From Longimicrobiales bacterium (GTDB taxonomy: Bacteria > Gemmatimonadota > Gemmatimonadetes > Longimicrobiales > Gaopeijiaceae): a DNA stretch of 64,000 bases. The notes beneath the pieces are model-generated. The model searched no databases and was not told where the DNA came from. It worked only from the letters and a program-made list of their open reading frames with translations. Positions 50,037 through 62,261 of the stretch are shown one piece after another. Numbering within the stretch: the first letter of the stretch is position 1; each line of letters opens with the position of its first letter. The stretch spans positions 2,272,001 through 2,336,000 of the forward strand of contig OZ250165.1 of the NCBI GenBank assembly GCA_965238005.1, given 5' to 3'. Both the position numbers and the translations under genes were made by a program.

Positions 50037-51299
50037 ATGGCTATTGACGGAACACAGCTTCGGATCTCAGTGGAGGAGGGCGAACGCTGGCGCCGTACGA
50101 TGAGCGTTACCGTGCCGGCGGGCGTGGTTCAGTCCGAGCGGCGCCGTATCACGGGACAGCTCGCGTCACGTCTCAAGCTTCCGGGCTTCCGCAAGGGACG
50201 GGTCCCGGCTGACGTGGTGGAAAAGCGTTACGGAGCCGCCTTGAATCGGGAGGCGCTCGACAAGCTCATCGGGGCGGCATACCGGGAGGCGCTCAGCCAG
50301 AACGAGCTGAGCCCCATCTCCGAAGGGGAGGTCGGCAACGTCAAGTACGAACCGGAGCAGGACCTGACCTTCTCCATCTCGTTCGACGTCAGACCCGAGA
50401 TCGAGATCCCCCGGCCGGGTGGCTTCAAGATCGAGCGCCCCGGCGTCGACGATCTGGACGAGAAGCTGCAGCAGGTCCTGGAGCGCCTCCGGGAACAGAA
50501 CGGGACGTGGAGGGCCTTGGACGGCGGCAGGTCTGAGGACGGCAACCTGGTCAGCGTGGAGATCGAACGACTCGAGGACGGAGCCGAGGGAGTGACGCAA
50601 CCCTACGAGTTCGTGCTCGGCCGAGGGGACGCCATCCCCGACATCGAGGAAGCCATCAAATCGCTGGAGACCGGAACCGGCGGTGAGTTCGTGGTCCGCT
50701 TTCCCGACGATTTCCCGAACGAAGAGCGGCGAGGCGGAGAAGAGCATCTCCGCATCCACTTGAGCTCGATTCAGACTCTGGAGCTTCCGGAGCTGAATGA
50801 GGAGTTCGCTCGCAGCCTGGGTGACTTCGAGGGGCTGGAGGATCTCTCGGGGAAGGTCCGATCGGATCTGCAGAGGGAAGCGGAGGATCAGGCGGAGGGC
50901 GTCGTCCGGGGCAAGCTTCTGGACTCCATCCTCCAGGCGAATCCCTTCACTGTGCCGGTGTCCATGGTGGACCGTTATGTGGAGTCGCTTCTCGGGAGCC
51001 CGGAGGGAGTGCCTCCGGAGAAGTGGCAGGAGGCGAAAGAGCAGACAACGCCCCAAGCCGAGCGGGCGGTCAAGCGGATCCTGGTGATCGACAAGGTGTC
51101 GGAGAGCCAGGGACTCCAGGCGACCGAGGAGGAGATCGACTCCCGCGTCGAGGAGATCGCCGACAAGAGTGGCGAGAGCCCGGCCAAGGTCTACGCCAAT
51201 CTGCAGAAAAGCGAGAGATTAGAGGCACTGGAGAGAGAGATCACCGAACGAAAGGTCTTCGAATTTCTCAAAGAGCAGTCGGAGATCGTAGAGAACTGA
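50037..51299 (+). CDS. tig: Trigger factor
   Basis: PGFRKGRVP ribosome-binding motif; FKBP-like middle domain; position before clpP. Confidence 0.95.
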   Translation: MAIDGTQLRISVEEGERWRRTMSVTVPAGVVQSERRRITGQLASRLKLPGFRKGRVPADVVEKRYGAALNREALDKLIGAAYREALSQNELSPISEGEVGNVKYEPEQDLTFSISFDVRPEIEIPRPGGFKIERPGVDDLDEKLQQVLERLREQNGTWRALDGGRSEDGNLVSVEIERLEDGAEGVTQPYEFVLGRGDAIPDIEEAIKSLETGTGGEFVVRFPDDFPNEERRGGEEHLRIHLSSIQTLELPELNEEFARSLGDFEGLEDLSGKVRSDLQREAEDQAEGVVRGKLLDSILQANPFTVPVSMVDRYVESLLGSPEGVPPEKWQEAKEQTTPQAERAVKRILVIDKVSESQGLQATEEEIDSRVEEIADKSGESPAKVYANLQKSERLEALEREITERKVFEFLKEQSEIVEN

Positions 51300-51327
51300 C
51301 CCGACGAGAACGGAGCAACTTGAGCCA

Positions 51328-51981
51328 ATGCCGATCTATCCACCGTACGTCATCGAGCGAACGAGTCGCGGCGAGCGGAGCTATGACATCTTCAGCCGCC
51401 TCCTCATGGACCGCATCATCTTTCTGGGCACGCCCATCGACGACAACGTGGCCAACATCATCGTCGCCCAGCTCTTGTTCCTCGACGCCGAGGATCCGGA
51501 GCGCGACGTCTATCTCTACGTGAACTCGCCCGGGGGCGGGGTCTACGCAGGATTGGCCATCTACGACACGATCCAGCACATGCGCGCGCCGGTTTCCACG
51601 TTCGCCGTGGGCATCGCCGCCTCGATGGGCGCAGTGCTCGTGGCCGCCGGCGAAAAGGGTAAGCGGGGCGCTCTGCCCAATGCCCGGATCATGATCCACC
51701 AGCCTTCCGGCGGATCCCAGGGTACGGCAGCCGACATCGAGATCGCTGCCAAGGAGATCGTCTACACGAGACAGCGGCTCAACGAGATCCTGTCCAAACA
51801 CACTGGGCAGCCCCTCGAGCGCATCCAGGACGATGTCGATCGAGATCGCTTCATGAGCCCGGAAGAGGCAGTGGAGTACGGCCTGATCGACCGGATTCTC
51901 GAGGGCCCCTTGTCGAACGGCTCGAAGCCGAAAGACTCGCACGAAAAGGTTGACGGGTCCGACGAGGACGACGAAGAGTAG
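51328..51981 (+). CDS. clpP: ATP-dependent Clp protease proteolytic subunit
   Basis: [31 protein letters not shown]. Confidence 0.98.
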   Translation: MPIYPPYVIERTSRGERSYDIFSRLLMDRIIFLGTPIDDNVANIIVAQLLFLDAEDPERDVYLYVNSPGGGVYAGLAIYDTIQHMRAPVSTFAVGIAASMGAVLVAAGEKGKRGALPNARIMIHQPSGGSQGTAADIEIAAKEIVYTRQRLNEILSKHTGQPLERIQDDVDRDRFMSPEEAVEYGLIDRILEGPLSNGSKPKDSHEKVDGSDEDDEE

Positions 51982-52011
51982 AACAGCGGAAGACTATCGA
52001 GGACGCACGAA

Positions 52012-53244
52012 ATGTCCAGTGACAAACACCTGCGCTGCAGCTTCTGCGGAAAGTCCAAGGAGAGCGCCAAGAAGTTCATCTCCGGACCGTCCGTCTACAT
52101 CTGCAACGAGTGCATCTCGCTCTGCAACGAGATCCTCGCGGAGGAAGATGAGCGAGAAGCTGCAGAATCCGTAGTACCCAGTCCGACGCCGCAGGAGATC
52201 AAGGAAGTCCTTGACCAGTACGTGATCGGCCAGGAGCTCGCCAAGCGTACCCTTGCCGTCGCCGTCTACAACCACTACAAGCGGGTCAACAACCAGGGTG
52301 TCCTCGACGAAGTCGAGATCGACAAGGCGAACATCCTCCTCCTCGGGCCGACGGGAGTCGGAAAGACCCTCCTCGCCCAGACCCTCGCCCGGATCCTCGC
52401 CGTCCCCTTCACCATCGCCGATGCCACGACCCTCACCGAAGCCGGATACGTGGGCGAGGACGTGGAGAACATCCTCGTGCGGCTGCTGCAGGCCGCCGAT
52501 TTCAACGTGGCCGAGTGCGAGCGGGGGATCGTCTACATCGACGAGATGGACAAGATCGCCCGCAAGTCGGAGAATCCGTCCATTACCCGGGACGTCTCGG
52601 GTGAGGGTGTGCAGCAAGCGCTCCTCAAGATCCTGGAGGGCACGATCGCCTCCGTGCCGCCTCAGGGGGGTCGGAAGCATCCGCAGCAGGAGTACATCCA
52701 GCTCGACACGCGGAATATCCTCTTCATCTGCGGGGGTGCCTTCGACGGCCTGGAGCAGATCGTGGAGGGCCGGCTCGGGAAGAGACGCATCGGGTTCGGA
52801 GAGAAGACCTCCGAGGAGCAGCGGGACGAGCTTCTCCGCTTTGTGGAGCCCGAGGACCTCCAGCGGTTCGGGCTCATCCCCGAGCTCGTGGGGCGTCTTC
52901 CGGTGACGGTGCACCTCAACGACCTGGACCTGGACGCCCTCGTGAGAATCCTCTCGGAGCCCAAGAACGCCCTGGTCAAGCAGTACAGCAAGATGTTCGA
53001 GCTGGAGGGCATCGGGCTGACGTTCGACAAGGATGCGCTGCACAGGATCGCCGAGAAGACCCTGGATCGGGGAACCGGTGCGCGCGGCCTGCGCTCGGTC
53101 ATCGAGGACTTCATGCGCGACCTCATGTTCGAGGTCCCGTCCCGTACGGACATCCGCGAGGTGGTGGTCACCTCGGACTGCGTCGATCAGGAGGTTCCAC
53201 CCCTTCTCGTGCTCCACCCCGAGGAGCGGAAGAAGGAAGCCTGA
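52012..53244 (+). CDS. clpX: Clp protease ATP-binding subunit ClpX
   Basis: CSFCGK..CNEC zinc finger, [23 protein letters not shown]. Confidence 0.98.
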   Translation: MSSDKHLRCSFCGKSKESAKKFISGPSVYICNECISLCNEILAEEDEREAAESVVPSPTPQEIKEVLDQYVIGQELAKRTLAVAVYNHYKRVNNQGVLDEVEIDKANILLLGPTGVGKTLLAQTLARILAVPFTIADATTLTEAGYVGEDVENILVRLLQAADFNVAECERGIVYIDEMDKIARKSENPSITRDVSGEGVQQALLKILEGTIASVPPQGGRKHPQQEYIQLDTRNILFICGGAFDGLEQIVEGRLGKRRIGFGEKTSEEQRDELLRFVEPEDLQRFGLIPELVGRLPVTVHLNDLDLDALVRILSEPKNALVKQYSKMFELEGIGLTFDKDALHRIAEKTLDRGTGARGLRSVIEDFMRDLMFEVPSRTDIREVVVTSDCVDQEVPPLLVLHPEERKKEA

Positions 53245-53370
53245 CCGGTACGACGCGCCTTCCGAGCAGCCCTTCCCCACATCTGTTTCCCGGAGTAGGA
53301 TAGCGCGCGTCCGCGGCGACGCCGAAACGGCGGTCTGTCCGACCGAACTGACGCAGCTCCCAGGAGCCGA

Positions 53371-55815
53371 ATGGCCACGCTGATCCGGGTCGATCAGACA
53401 TACGAGATCCCAGACCAACTTCCCGTGGTGGCCCTCCGGGATCTGGTCTTCTTCCCGTACATGGTCCTGCCTATCCTCATCGGCCGTCCGCATTCGCTGG
53501 CCGCCCTCGAGGCTGCCGAAGAGGGCGACGGCTACATTTTGCTATTGGCCCAGAAGGATGTTCAGGTGGAGGACCCGAGGCGGAACGACATCCGTCGCGT
53601 CGGCACCGTCGCCCGGATCCTCCAGGTGTCGAGGATTCCCGACGGGAATGCGCGCGTGGTCCTAGAGGGTCTCGGTCGGGGTCGGGTTCGCCGCTTTCTG
53701 CCATCCGACTCGGGCTTCAGGGCGTCCGTCGAGCCCTTCGTCCCCGAGGAGGCGGCCACCTCTCCGGAGTCCAACGAGGATGAAGCCCTTGCTCGGGGCG
53801 TAGTACGGCTCTTCAACGAGTACGTGCGGCTCAGCGACCGGATGCCGGACGAGCTTTTGGCGTCGATTTCGCTGGACGGGGACCGGCTGCGCCTGGCGCA
53901 TCTGATCTCAGGACACCTCCTCGTCCTCCCCAACGAGAAGCAGGAGCTCCTGGAGGCGCCCGCCGTCCCGGCCTACTTCGGGCTCCTCAGGGAGATCCTG
54001 GTCCGCGAGCTGGAGATCCTCCGCATCGAGGAGAAGCTGGATGCCCAGATCCGCATGCAGATGGATTCGGATCGCCGGCAGCTGTACCTGCAGGAGCAGC
54101 TGAAGGCCATCCACCAGGAGCTGGGCTCCGATCCCAGCGAGGAGTGGTCCGACCTCGCCGCCAAGTTTGTGTCGATGACGCTACCCCAGCACGCGCGCGA
54201 GCGCGCCGAGCGGGAGCTTGGCCGACTGGAGAAGCTGAATCCGGTGACTCCCGAAGCGGCCGTGATCCGGACGTATCTCGACTGGATCCTAGGGCTTCCG
54301 TGGACGGAGCGACGGGAAGACAATCTTGACGTCGAGCACGCGGCAGAGGTTCTGGATGAGGCCCACTACGGCCTCGATGAGGTCAAGGAGCGCATCCTCG
54401 ATCACATCGCCGTGCTCTCCTTGGTCAGTGAGCTGAAGGGGCCCATCCTGTGCCTGGTGGGCCCTCCCGGCGTCGGCAAGACCTCGCTGGGGCTCAGCGT
54501 CGCCGATGCCTTGGGGCGGGAGTTCGTGAGGGTGAGCCTGGGTGGTGTCCGCGACGAGGCCGAGATTCGGGGACACCGGCGTACCTACGTGGGGGCCCTG
54601 CCCGGAAGGGTGCTCCAGGGGATGCGACGCAGTGGAACGGTCAATCCGGTCTTTCTCCTGGACGAGGTGGACAAGCTCGCCCGCGACTTCCACGGCGATC
54701 CCGGAGCCGCCCTTCTGGAGGTCCTGGACCCGGAGCAGAACAAGTCGTTCACGGATCACTACCTCGAGTTGGAATACGACCTCTCCGACGTGTTCTTCGT
54801 GACGACGGCCAACACCCTGGCCGGAATCCCGGACCCGCTCCGCGACCGCATGGAGATCATCCGCCTGCCAGGCTATCTGGACACGGAGAAGCTGGCCATC
54901 AGTCTCCGCTTCCTCTGGCCCCAGCAGGCCCGACGTCACGGCCTGGACCCCGGAGAAGTGGCCCTCACCGAGGCGGCCGCCAAAGGGATCATTCGCCAGT
55001 ACACTCGCGAGGCGGGCGTGCGGGAGCTGGATCGTCTCATCTCCCGTATCGCCCGGAAGGTCGCCCGCAAGCAGGCGGAGCGGGACAAGGCTGCACAGGG
55101 GTCCCTGGCGGGCCCCCTGGCCGTGGGCACCGATGATCTGAAGGGGCTCCTGGGACCGCCCCGGTATCTGGGTCGCAGCAAGGAGGAGGAGGAGGAGGAG
55201 GAGGGCCAGCGCTGCGGCATGGCCAACGGCCTGGCCTGGACCGAAGCCGGGGGTGAGGTGCTGGACGTGGAGGTGGCCGTCGTCCCCGGAACCGGCCAGG
55301 TCCAGCTCACCGGAACCCTGGGCGACGTCATGAAGGAGTCCGCCTTCGCTGCCGTCACCTACGCCCGCTCGAGGGCGAGCCGGCTCGGGCTCGACCCCCA
55401 GTTCCACAAGGACGTGGACATCCACATCCACATTCCCGAAGGGGCGACGCCGAAAGACGGGCCGTCGGCAGGCATCACCATCGCTACCGCGCTGATCTCC
55501 GCCCTCACGGGCACTCCCTCTCGTGGCGACATCGCCATGACCGGAGAGATCACGCTGCGAGGACGGATCCTCGCCGTGGGAGGCATCAAGGAGAAGGTCG
55601 TTGCCGCCCTGCGTGAGGGCCTGCACAAGGTCATCCTGCCGACCGCCAACGTAGCCGAGCTCGAGCTCCTCGCGGAGGAGATCGTGCAAGGCCTCGAGTT
55701 CGTCGCCGTGAGCACGATGGACGAGGTCCTCACGGAGGCCCTGTCCGCGCTGCCCCAGACGCGCAGGAGCGTTCTGGAGGGCGGCGCGAACCTGGGCACC
55801 CAGCTTTCCCAGTAG
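53371..55815 (+). CDS. lon: Lon protease
   Basis: GPPGVGKTS, RGHRRTYVG, PKDGPSAG, GGIKEK. Confidence 0.98.
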   Translation: MATLIRVDQTYEIPDQLPVVALRDLVFFPYMVLPILIGRPHSLAALEAAEEGDGYILLLAQKDVQVEDPRRNDIRRVGTVARILQVSRIPDGNARVVLEGLGRGRVRRFLPSDSGFRASVEPFVPEEAATSPESNEDEALARGVVRLFNEYVRLSDRMPDELLASISLDGDRLRLAHLISGHLLVLPNEKQELLEAPAVPAYFGLLREILVRELEILRIEEKLDAQIRMQMDSDRRQLYLQEQLKAIHQELGSDPSEEWSDLAAKFVSMTLPQHARERAERELGRLEKLNPVTPEAAVIRTYLDWILGLPWTERREDNLDVEHAAEVLDEAHYGLDEVKERILDHIAVLSLVSELKGPILCLVGPPGVGKTSLGLSVADALGREFVRVSLGGVRDEAEIRGHRRTYVGALPGRVLQGMRRSGTVNPVFLLDEVDKLARDFHGDPGAALLEVLDPEQNKSFTDHYLELEYDLSDVFFVTTANTLAGIPDPLRDRMEIIRLPGYLDTEKLAISLRFLWPQQARRHGLDPGEVALTEAAAKGIIRQYTREAGVRELDRLISRIARKVARKQAERDKAAQGSLAGPLAVGTDDLKGLLGPPRYLGRSKEEEEEEEGQRCGMANGLAWTEAGGEVLDVEVAVVPGTGQVQLTGTLGDVMKESAFAAVTYARSRASRLGLDPQFHKDVDIHIHIPEGATPKDGPSAGITIATALISALTGTPSRGDIAMTGEITLRGRILAVGGIKEKVVAALREGLHKVILPTANVAELELLAEEIVQGLEFVAVSTMDEVLTEALSALPQTRRSVLEGGANLGTQLSQ

Positions 55816-55816
55816 C

Positions 55817-56422
55817 ATGAAGGTCAGGACGGTGGAGTTCGCCGGGAGCGTGTACGTGCCCGGTGAGCCCGCCCCCGGGGATCTCCCACAGGTCGCCTTC
55901 TCGGGGCGGTCGAACGTCGGGAAGTCGTCACTGATCAACGTCCTCCTGCGGCGAACGCGAAAGAAGCTGGCCCGGGTCTCGGCCGCACCGGGGAAGACCC
56001 AATCCCTGAACTTCTACCGGGTCAACGATCACTTCTTCCTCGTCGATCTCCCGGGATTCGGATACGCGAAGGTCTCGGCGAAAGCCCGGGATTCGTGGAA
56101 GGCCCTGATCGAGCAATACCTCGAAGGGGAACGGATGCTCCGAGGCATCGTACACCTAGTAGACGCGCGTCACGACCCCACAGTCACGGATGGGCAGATG
56201 GTCGCTTTTCTAGCCGCACAGCAGCTGCCGACGTTGGTGGTTCTGACCAAGATGGACAAGCTGAAGAAGACACAGCGCGAGCGTGCCGTCGCGACGGCCA
56301 GGGATCATCTGGGCCTGGATGAAGAGCAGCTGCTCGCGTTCTCTTCCAAGACGGGTGAGGGACGCGAGGAGCTCCTTGCGGCCCTGGAGAGCCTGGTGGG
56401 CCCGGAGGAGTTGGACGCATGA
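55817..56422 (+). CDS. engB: Ribosome biogenesis GTPase YihA/YsxC
   Basis: GRSNVGKSS, PGKT, DLPGFG, TKMD. Confidence 0.95.
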   Translation: MKVRTVEFAGSVYVPGEPAPGDLPQVAFSGRSNVGKSSLINVLLRRTRKKLARVSAAPGKTQSLNFYRVNDHFFLVDLPGFGYAKVSAKARDSWKALIEQYLEGERMLRGIVHLVDARHDPTVTDGQMVAFLAAQQLPTLVVLTKMDKLKKTQRERAVATARDHLGLDEEQLLAFSSKTGEGREELLAALESLVGPEELDA

Positions 56423-57048
56423 GGACCCGACTCCCCACTTACGCTCTGATGCTGACCCTGGCGGCTGTCACAGCCTGTGGTGGAGTGGGCACTGCGGCGA
56501 GCCCTGGGCAGCCTGCCGGCCCCGCGAGCGAGCGGGTCCTGGTGCCCGCGGGCTACGGGACGATGATTCAGGACGAGTTCACCCTCACGCTCGAGAGCGG
56601 GGCGTTGCGCGTGAAGGTGACTCCCCTGGCGGAGTCCGTGATCCGTCTTGCCGCTCCCGACACCTACGAGAGACTGGCGGGGCTAGCCCGGTCGAGCCGC
56701 CCGGCCCTCCCGTCCCAGGCCGGCGCCGAACCCTCCCTCTTCCTCGTCTCGTTCTTCACCCGCGACCCGACGGTGCGCTACGAGCCGGAGAGCCTGCACA
56801 TTGTGAACGGCGGGCTCCGCTACCGGCCCGAGACCATCCGCGCCATCACTCCCGGATGGGGCGAGCAGCGCCTCCGGCAAGAAGAAATCCAGATGGCGGT
56901 CTATGCCTTCGACCCGGCCATCAATCTGGAGATCACGTTGACGGTGGAGTACGAGGGTGCCAGGGACAGTTCCTGGGAGGGCATCTTGACCCGGCTCGAG
57001 CTGGAGCGGGCGCGCGTCCGCGGCCGCACCGGAGGTCCCCTCTTCTAG
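56419..57048 (+). CDS. Hypothetical lipoprotein
   Basis: Signal peptide with VTAC lipobox; ATGA overlap with engB. Confidence 0.72.
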   Translation: MRTRLPTYALMLTLAAVTACGGVGTAASPGQPAGPASERVLVPAGYGTMIQDEFTLTLESGALRVKVTPLAESVIRLAAPDTYERLAGLARSSRPALPSQAGAEPSLFLVSFFTRDPTVRYEPESLHIVNGGLRYRPETIRAITPGWGEQRLRQEEIQMAVYAFDPAINLEITLTVEYEGARDSSWEGILTRLELERARVRGRTGGPLF

Positions 57049-57072
57049 GACACACTGCTATAAGAAGGACTC

Positions 57073-58713
57073 CTAGTCCTCGTCGAGCCCGAATTTCTTG
57101 ATCTTGCGGTATAGCGTGCGCTCGCCGATGGCGAGTAGCTGTGCCGCCTTACGCCGGTTTCCTCGCACCTCGTCCAGTGCCGCGGTGATGGCTTCGCGCT
57201 CCAGGTCCTCCATGGTCATCCCCGAGCGGTAGACGACCGCACCGGCCTGCTCCACTTCCACGGGCAAGACCCCGTACGACACCTCGGTGGGCCGGGACGG
57301 CTCTACGTCCTCCTCCACTACCCACGTGTCGCCAACGGCCGCCTCCCGGGGCCTCACCCCGATCTCCACCTTCTCGGTGCCCACCGGGTAAGCATCGATA
57401 GCCGACGGAATGGCTGCACTTCTGTCCCGATAGACGTCGAACTCCTGCCTCAGGTCGTCCACGTCCATACGAAGATCCACGAGGGTCCGGAAAATGAACT
57501 CCAGCTCGGGTCGGAGCCCCGGACCGGTGACGGCCTCGCCGGGCTGGCCGCTTTCCGACCTGACCGGGACCAGCGCGCCCACGCCCTTCTCCAGGCCCTG
57601 AACTTCCTTCGGGATGTCTTGGGGCAGCACCTCACGACCCGGAGCCAGAACCACCATGCTCTCGACGAGGTTGTGTAGCTCCCGAATGTTGCCGGGCCAA
57701 TGGTGCTCCTGGAGGATCTTCATGGCCTCCGGCGAGATCCCCTCGAACGTCCGGTCGTGGCGGGCGCTCGCGTCTTCGATGAAAGCCTCCACCAGTAGGG
57801 GGATATCCTCCCGGCGGTGGCGGAGCGGCGGGAGCTCGATGTGGAGCACGTTCAACCGGTAGAAGAGGTCCTTCCTGAACTGGCCCACGGCCACCAACTG
57901 CTTCAGATCCTGGTTCGTGGCGGCGACGATGCGGACGTCGACTCGGATCACGGCTTCCCCACCGACACGATGGAACTCCCGCTGTTCGAGCACGCGAAGG
58001 AGCTTGGTCTGGGTGGCCCGGGACATCTCGCCGATCTCGTCCAGGAAGATCGTGCCCCGGTCTGCGAGCTCGAAAAGACCCCGCCTGGAGTCGATGGCGC
58101 CGGTGAACGCGCCCTTCTCGTGCCCGAAGAGCTCGCTCTCCAACAGCGTCTCGGACAGGGCAGCCACGTTCACGGCGATGAAGGGCCGGTGCCTTCTGGG
58201 GGAGAGGTGATGAATGCCTCGGGCGACGAGCTCCTTCCCCGTACCCGACTCGCCCGTGACGAGGACGGTGGAGGTCACGGGAGCGAACTGGACCACTCGC
58301 TCCAACGCCTCCTTGATGGCGTCCGTCTCGCCCACGATGCCCGCCATGGCCTGCAGACGGCGGCGCTCGATCAGCGAGCGGGCAACGAACACCACCTCGT
58401 CGGGACGGGTGCCCGGGGTGAAGACCTCGGAGTACTCGACCGAAAGGCGGGGCACCGCCTCAGAATCGTCTGCGATGGCGAAGGCGGGTGCTTGGGAGGC
58501 GACACGGGCCTGGTTACGCAGGTCATGGGCCGACGGCGAGTCCGCCTGGGCAGTGATCACCAAGAGCTGGATGGGCATGTCGCCGCTCACGTCTTCACCG
58601 GCGGTGACGAGCTCCACCGTATATCCGGCGCCCCGGAGGGCCGTCCGAAGTGCCCCGGCCCGTTCCAGGTCGTGGGTGGAGACGAGTACCCTGCCTTCGG
58701 TATCGACGCTCAT
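57073..58713 (-). CDS. sigma54-dependent enhancer-binding protein with a degenerate receiver-like N-terminus and Fis-type HTH
   Basis: [58 protein letters not shown]. Confidence 0.95.
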   Translation of the reverse strand: MSVDTEGRVLVSTHDLERAGALRTALRGAGYTVELVTAGEDVSGDMPIQLLVITAQADSPSAHDLRNQARVASQAPAFAIADDSEAVPRLSVEYSEVFTPGTRPDEVVFVARSLIERRRLQAMAGIVGETDAIKEALERVVQFAPVTSTVLVTGESGTGKELVARGIHHLSPRRHRPFIAVNVAALSETLLESELFGHEKGAFTGAIDSRRGLFELADRGTIFLDEIGEMSRATQTKLLRVLEQREFHRVGGEAVIRVDVRIVAATNQDLKQLVAVGQFRKDLFYRLNVLHIELPPLRHRREDIPLLVEAFIEDASARHDRTFEGISPEAMKILQEHHWPGNIRELHNLVESMVVLAPGREVLPQDIPKEVQGLEKGVGALVPVRSESGQPGEAVTGPGLRPELEFIFRTLVDLRMDVDDLRQEFDVYRDRSAAIPSAIDAYPVGTEKVEIGVRPREAAVGDTWVVEEDVEPSRPTEVSYGVLPVEVEQAGAVVYRSGMTMEDLEREAITAALDEVRGNRRKAAQLLAIGERTLYRKIKKFGLDED

Positions 58714-59210
58714 GCTTGGCTCGCCGATCGAGGATGTTGCGCCGTCTCGCCCCGGAGGAGGTCCAACACGTGCGGCAGGAGCTCCTCCAGGACTTCGAGC
58801 CCGTCCCGGACACCCCCCGGACTCCCAGGGAGGTTGGCTACGAAGGTCGTGCCCCGCGAGCCCGCGAGCCCCCGGGAAAGCACCGCGCTAGGAGTTTCGG
58901 GGAGACCCTTACGCCGCATGGCCTCCGCCAGGCCCGGCGCCTCTTTGTCGAGGACGCTCCGGGTCGCCTCCGGAGTCACGTCCCGGGGCGAGAATCCGGT
59001 GCCGCCGGTTGTCAGCACCACATCCACCTCTCCCGAGTCCGCCCATCCCACCAGCCGGGGGACGATCTCTTGGGTCTCGTCGGGGACGACGACCCGCTCC
59101 GCCAGCTCGTAGCCGAGGCGGGCGCACCACTCGGCGATGACGTCGCCGCTCCGGTCTTCCCGCTCGCCCCGGAAGCAGCCGTCGCTCACCGTCAGGATCG
59201 CCACCCGCAT
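58710..59210 (-). CDS. mog: MogA/MoaB-family molybdenum cofactor biosynthesis protein
   Basis: [29 protein letters not shown]. Confidence 0.92.
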   Translation of the reverse strand: MRVAILTVSDGCFRGEREDRSGDVIAEWCARLGYELAERVVVPDETQEIVPRLVGWADSGEVDVVLTTGGTGFSPRDVTPEATRSVLDKEAPGLAEAMRRKGLPETPSAVLSRGLAGSRGTTFVANLPGSPGGVRDGLEVLEELLPHVLDLLRGETAQHPRSASQA

Positions 59211-59229
59211 GCCGATTCTCCCGCTCAGC

Positions 59230-60339
59230 TCAGCTACGGACCGAGCCCTCCGTATAGAAAGGGGGACGCTGCACGACACCGGGGATCACTTTGTCTCTCA
59301 CCCGGACTCCGAGAGGCGTGTCCGGCGCGGACAGCTCGCCGGTGACGTAGCCCATGGCGATGCCGTAACCCAATGTGGGGCCCACGGTGCCACTGGTGAC
59401 CGTTCCCACGTCGTTCTCCTCGTGCACGATGGGATATCCCGGGCGCGGAAAGCCCCGTTCCGTGAGCCGGATCCCCACTAGATGGCGGGGCACGCCGTCC
59501 TTCTTCTGCCGAACCAGCACGTCGCGGCCCACGAAATCTTCTTTGTCGAGCTTCACGAGCCAGCCCAGGCAAGCCTCCAGTGGCGTGTGCTCCGTATCGA
59601 GGTCGTTACCGTACAGGGCGAATCCCACCTCGAGGCGGAGGGAGTCGCGAGCGCCGAGTCCGGCCGGTTGCGGCCCCGCACCTTGCCCGTCTTCCAGGAG
59701 CCTTCGCCACAGTACAGCGGCATCGTCGGATGCGACGTAGAGCTCGAAGCCGTCTTCACCCGTGTAGCCGGTGCGGCTGATGATGACCGGGAAGCCCGCC
59801 ACCGAGCCCTCGGTGAACCGGTAGTACCCGACTTCATCCAGGTCCGCGTCCGTCAGGGGGGCGAGGACCTCCTGGGCCCGAGGGCCCTGGAGCGCGAGAA
59901 GGGCGGTTTCCTCGGATCGGTCCTCGAGCTCCACCTCCAGGTCGGCCGCGTGGTGGGTGAGCCAATCCCAGTCCTCGTCTCGGCGCGACGCGTTCACCAC
60001 CAGCATGTACCGATCTGCCATGCGGTAGACGAGGAAGTCGTCGAGAATGCCGCCACTCTCGAGACACAGGGCCGCGTACTGGCACTGGCCCACCGCCAGG
60101 CGTGACGCGTCGTTGACGCTGACTTTTTGGATCAGATCCAGGGCCTGGGGACCCCACACCACGAACTCCCCCATATGCGAGGCGTCGAAGAGCCCGGCCG
60201 TCGTGCGCACGGCCTCGTGCTCGGCCGTAATGCCGGCCGGATACTGGACGGGCATCTCGTACCCGGCGAAGGGGACCATTTTGCCGCCCAGCGCGATGTG
60301 CTCGGCGTGGAGGGGAGTCCGCTTCAAGATGTCGTCCAT
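59230..60339 (-). CDS. gcvT: Glycine cleavage system T protein
   Basis: [43 protein letters not shown]. Confidence 0.97.
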   Translation of the reverse strand: MDDILKRTPLHAEHIALGGKMVPFAGYEMPVQYPAGITAEHEAVRTTAGLFDASHMGEFVVWGPQALDLIQKVSVNDASRLAVGQCQYAALCLESGGILDDFLVYRMADRYMLVVNASRRDEDWDWLTHHAADLEVELEDRSEETALLALQGPRAQEVLAPLTDADLDEVGYYRFTEGSVAGFPVIISRTGYTGEDGFELYVASDDAAVLWRRLLEDGQGAGPQPAGLGARDSLRLEVGFALYGNDLDTEHTPLEACLGWLVKLDKEDFVGRDVLVRQKKDGVPRHLVGIRLTERGFPRPGYPIVHEENDVGTVTSGTVGPTLGYGIAMGYVTGELSAPDTPLGVRVRDKVIPGVVQRPPFYTEGSVRS

Positions 60340-60541
60340 GTTCTCTCGGTATCGAAGTTCGAGGATCGATCGTCGGGGGGCCCGGAGGGCCCCCCGGAGT
60401 GCCTCATGAGTCGGAAAACCAAGGTATCACAGGGGATGTCCCGGGGGTAGGGCGTTCGGCCATTCTGGCAGGGTGAGCGCAAAAAAGCCGTGAAAAACGT
60501 GGGCAATCCGGTGGTGGCGGAACCGAAGTCGAGCGGTACTC

Positions 60542-62065
60542 CTAGAGGATGTACCGCCTCAGGTCCGCGTCGTCGACGATGGCACTCAGGTTCTCCGTCA
60601 CGAATTGGCGGTCCACAACCAGCTCCCGGTCGCCTCCCTCTTCGGGAAGGTCGAAGAGGACCGTCTCCAGAAGCGTCGTAAGAACGGTCTGCAGCCGCCG
60701 GGCCCCGATGTTCTCCATCTGATCGTTCAGCACGGCGGCGATCCTGGCTATCTCCTCCACACCGTCCGTCGTGAACTCCAACGTAGCGCCTTCGGTCTCG
60801 ACCAGCGCCCGGTACTGGTGAACGAGGGCGTTCTTTGGCTCTTGGAGGATGCGGACGAACTCGGCCTCGCCGAGGCTCTTGAGCTCGACACGGATGGGAA
60901 AGCGGCCCTGGAGCTCCGGAATGAGATCGCTGGGCTTCGCGACGTGAAAGGCGCCGGCCGCGATAAAGAGGACATGATCGGTGCGCACCAGCCCGTACTT
61001 CGTATGGACGGTGGAGCCCTCGACGATGGGGAGGATGTCCCGCTGCACGCCTTCCCTGCTCACGTCGGGCCCGGCACCGCCGCGCTCTCCCGCGATCTTG
61101 TCGATCTCGTCGAGGAAGACGATCCCCATGTCCTCGGCCCGGATCAGCGCCTCATTGATGACCTCGTCCATGTCGATCAGGCGATCGAGCTCGTCCTGGA
61201 CGAGAATCCTACGTGCCTCGGCGACGGAGACCGTCCGATTCTTCTTCCGCTTGGGCAGCATGTCCTGGAGGATCTCGGTGAAGCCGTGGTCCATCCCCTC
61301 CATGCCACCGCCCATGGGGACGACCATCCCTTCCAGCGAGGGCGTCTGCGACACCTCGATCTCCACCTCACGCTCCTCGAGCTTTCCGTCCTGGAGCAGC
61401 CCGCGGAGCTTGTCCCTGGTGCGCTCACGCCGTGACTCCCCGGAAACCTGCTCGTCGGCGCTGTCCCGGGCCTCGACACCCTCGGGGCCCACGACGAAGA
61501 CGTGAGGCCGTCCTTCCTCTCCGTCGCCCGTTGGCGTGCTCTCCACCCGAGGCTTCGCCACCCGCGGAGGCGGGAGGAGGAGGTCCAGGAGCTTCTCCTC
61601 GGCACGAGCGTCCGCCATCTCCTGCACCTCGTCCTCACGCTCCGCCCGGACCATGTTCACCGCCACGTCCACAAGGTCCCGGATCATGGACTCCACGTCC
61701 CTTCCCACGTAGCCGACTTCGGTGTACTTCGATGCCTCGACCTTCACGAAGGGTGCTCCGGCCAGACGGGCCAGGCGCCGGGCGATCTCGGTCTTCCCGA
61801 CGCCCGTCGGGCCGATGAGGATCAGGTTGTTGGGAACGATCTCCTCTCTGAGCTCGTCCTCCACGCGCTGGCGACGCCACCGATTCCGTAGCGCGATGGC
61901 CACTGCCTTCTTGGCGTCGTCCTGCCCTATGATGTACTTGTCGAGCTCACCCGCGATCTGACGTGGCGTCAGCTCGTCCAGCCAGGCGTCTTCCGGCACC
62001 TCGGGCGCGACGTCGTGAGTCTCGTCCACAGCCACCGGGAGGTTCGCTTCGGTCGTGTTTTCCAC
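60542..62065 (-). CDS. hslU: HslUV protease ATPase subunit
   Basis: [57 protein letters not shown] start chosen because the longer ORF begins inside a MITE. Confidence 0.97.
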   Translation of the reverse strand: MENTTEANLPVAVDETHDVAPEVPEDAWLDELTPRQIAGELDKYIIGQDDAKKAVAIALRNRWRRQRVEDELREEIVPNNLILIGPTGVGKTEIARRLARLAGAPFVKVEASKYTEVGYVGRDVESMIRDLVDVAVNMVRAEREDEVQEMADARAEEKLLDLLLPPPRVAKPRVESTPTGDGEEGRPHVFVVGPEGVEARDSADEQVSGESRRERTRDKLRGLLQDGKLEEREVEIEVSQTPSLEGMVVPMGGGMEGMDHGFTEILQDMLPKRKKNRTVSVAEARRILVQDELDRLIDMDEVINEALIRAEDMGIVFLDEIDKIAGERGGAGPDVSREGVQRDILPIVEGSTVHTKYGLVRTDHVLFIAAGAFHVAKPSDLIPELQGRFPIRVELKSLGEAEFVRILQEPKNALVHQYRALVETEGATLEFTTDGVEEIARIAAVLNDQMENIGARRLQTVLTTLLETVLFDLPEEGGDRELVVDRQFVTENLSAIVDDADLRRYIL

Positions 62066-62080
62066 TTTGGAGGCCTCAGA

Positions 62081-62257
62081 AGGCTGTTGAAGAAGTTCGC
62101 GAGCCGCCAAGAGGGTCGGGGCGCCGTGGGATCAAGGCGGGACGACGCGGCGTAGCGCAAGCGGGCACCGCGCGAAGCGTGGTCGCAAGGAGTCCCAACG
62201 CCGAGCCCGCGGATGCACCGTGCCCTCGACTGGCCGAGACACTTTGGTAACGGGACA
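62081..62257. mobile_element. MITE-like element copy E with non-matching ends
   Basis: Core is about 6 mismatches from the reverse complement of copy B; left end aggctgttgaagaagt, right end actttggtaacgggaca + CTAG. Confidence 0.85.
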
Positions 62258-62261
62258 CTAG

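Noticed and set aside
48336..55938. Long antisense ORFs (48336-49820, 51994-53493, 54289-55938, and similar elsewhere)
   Set aside because: Shadow ORFs opposite conserved genes, expected from high-GC codon bias
60340..60541. Glycine riboswitch upstream of gcvT
   Set aside because: No GGAGA...CCGAAG...CTCTCAGG pattern on the minus strand; only a GC hairpin at about 60374-60396
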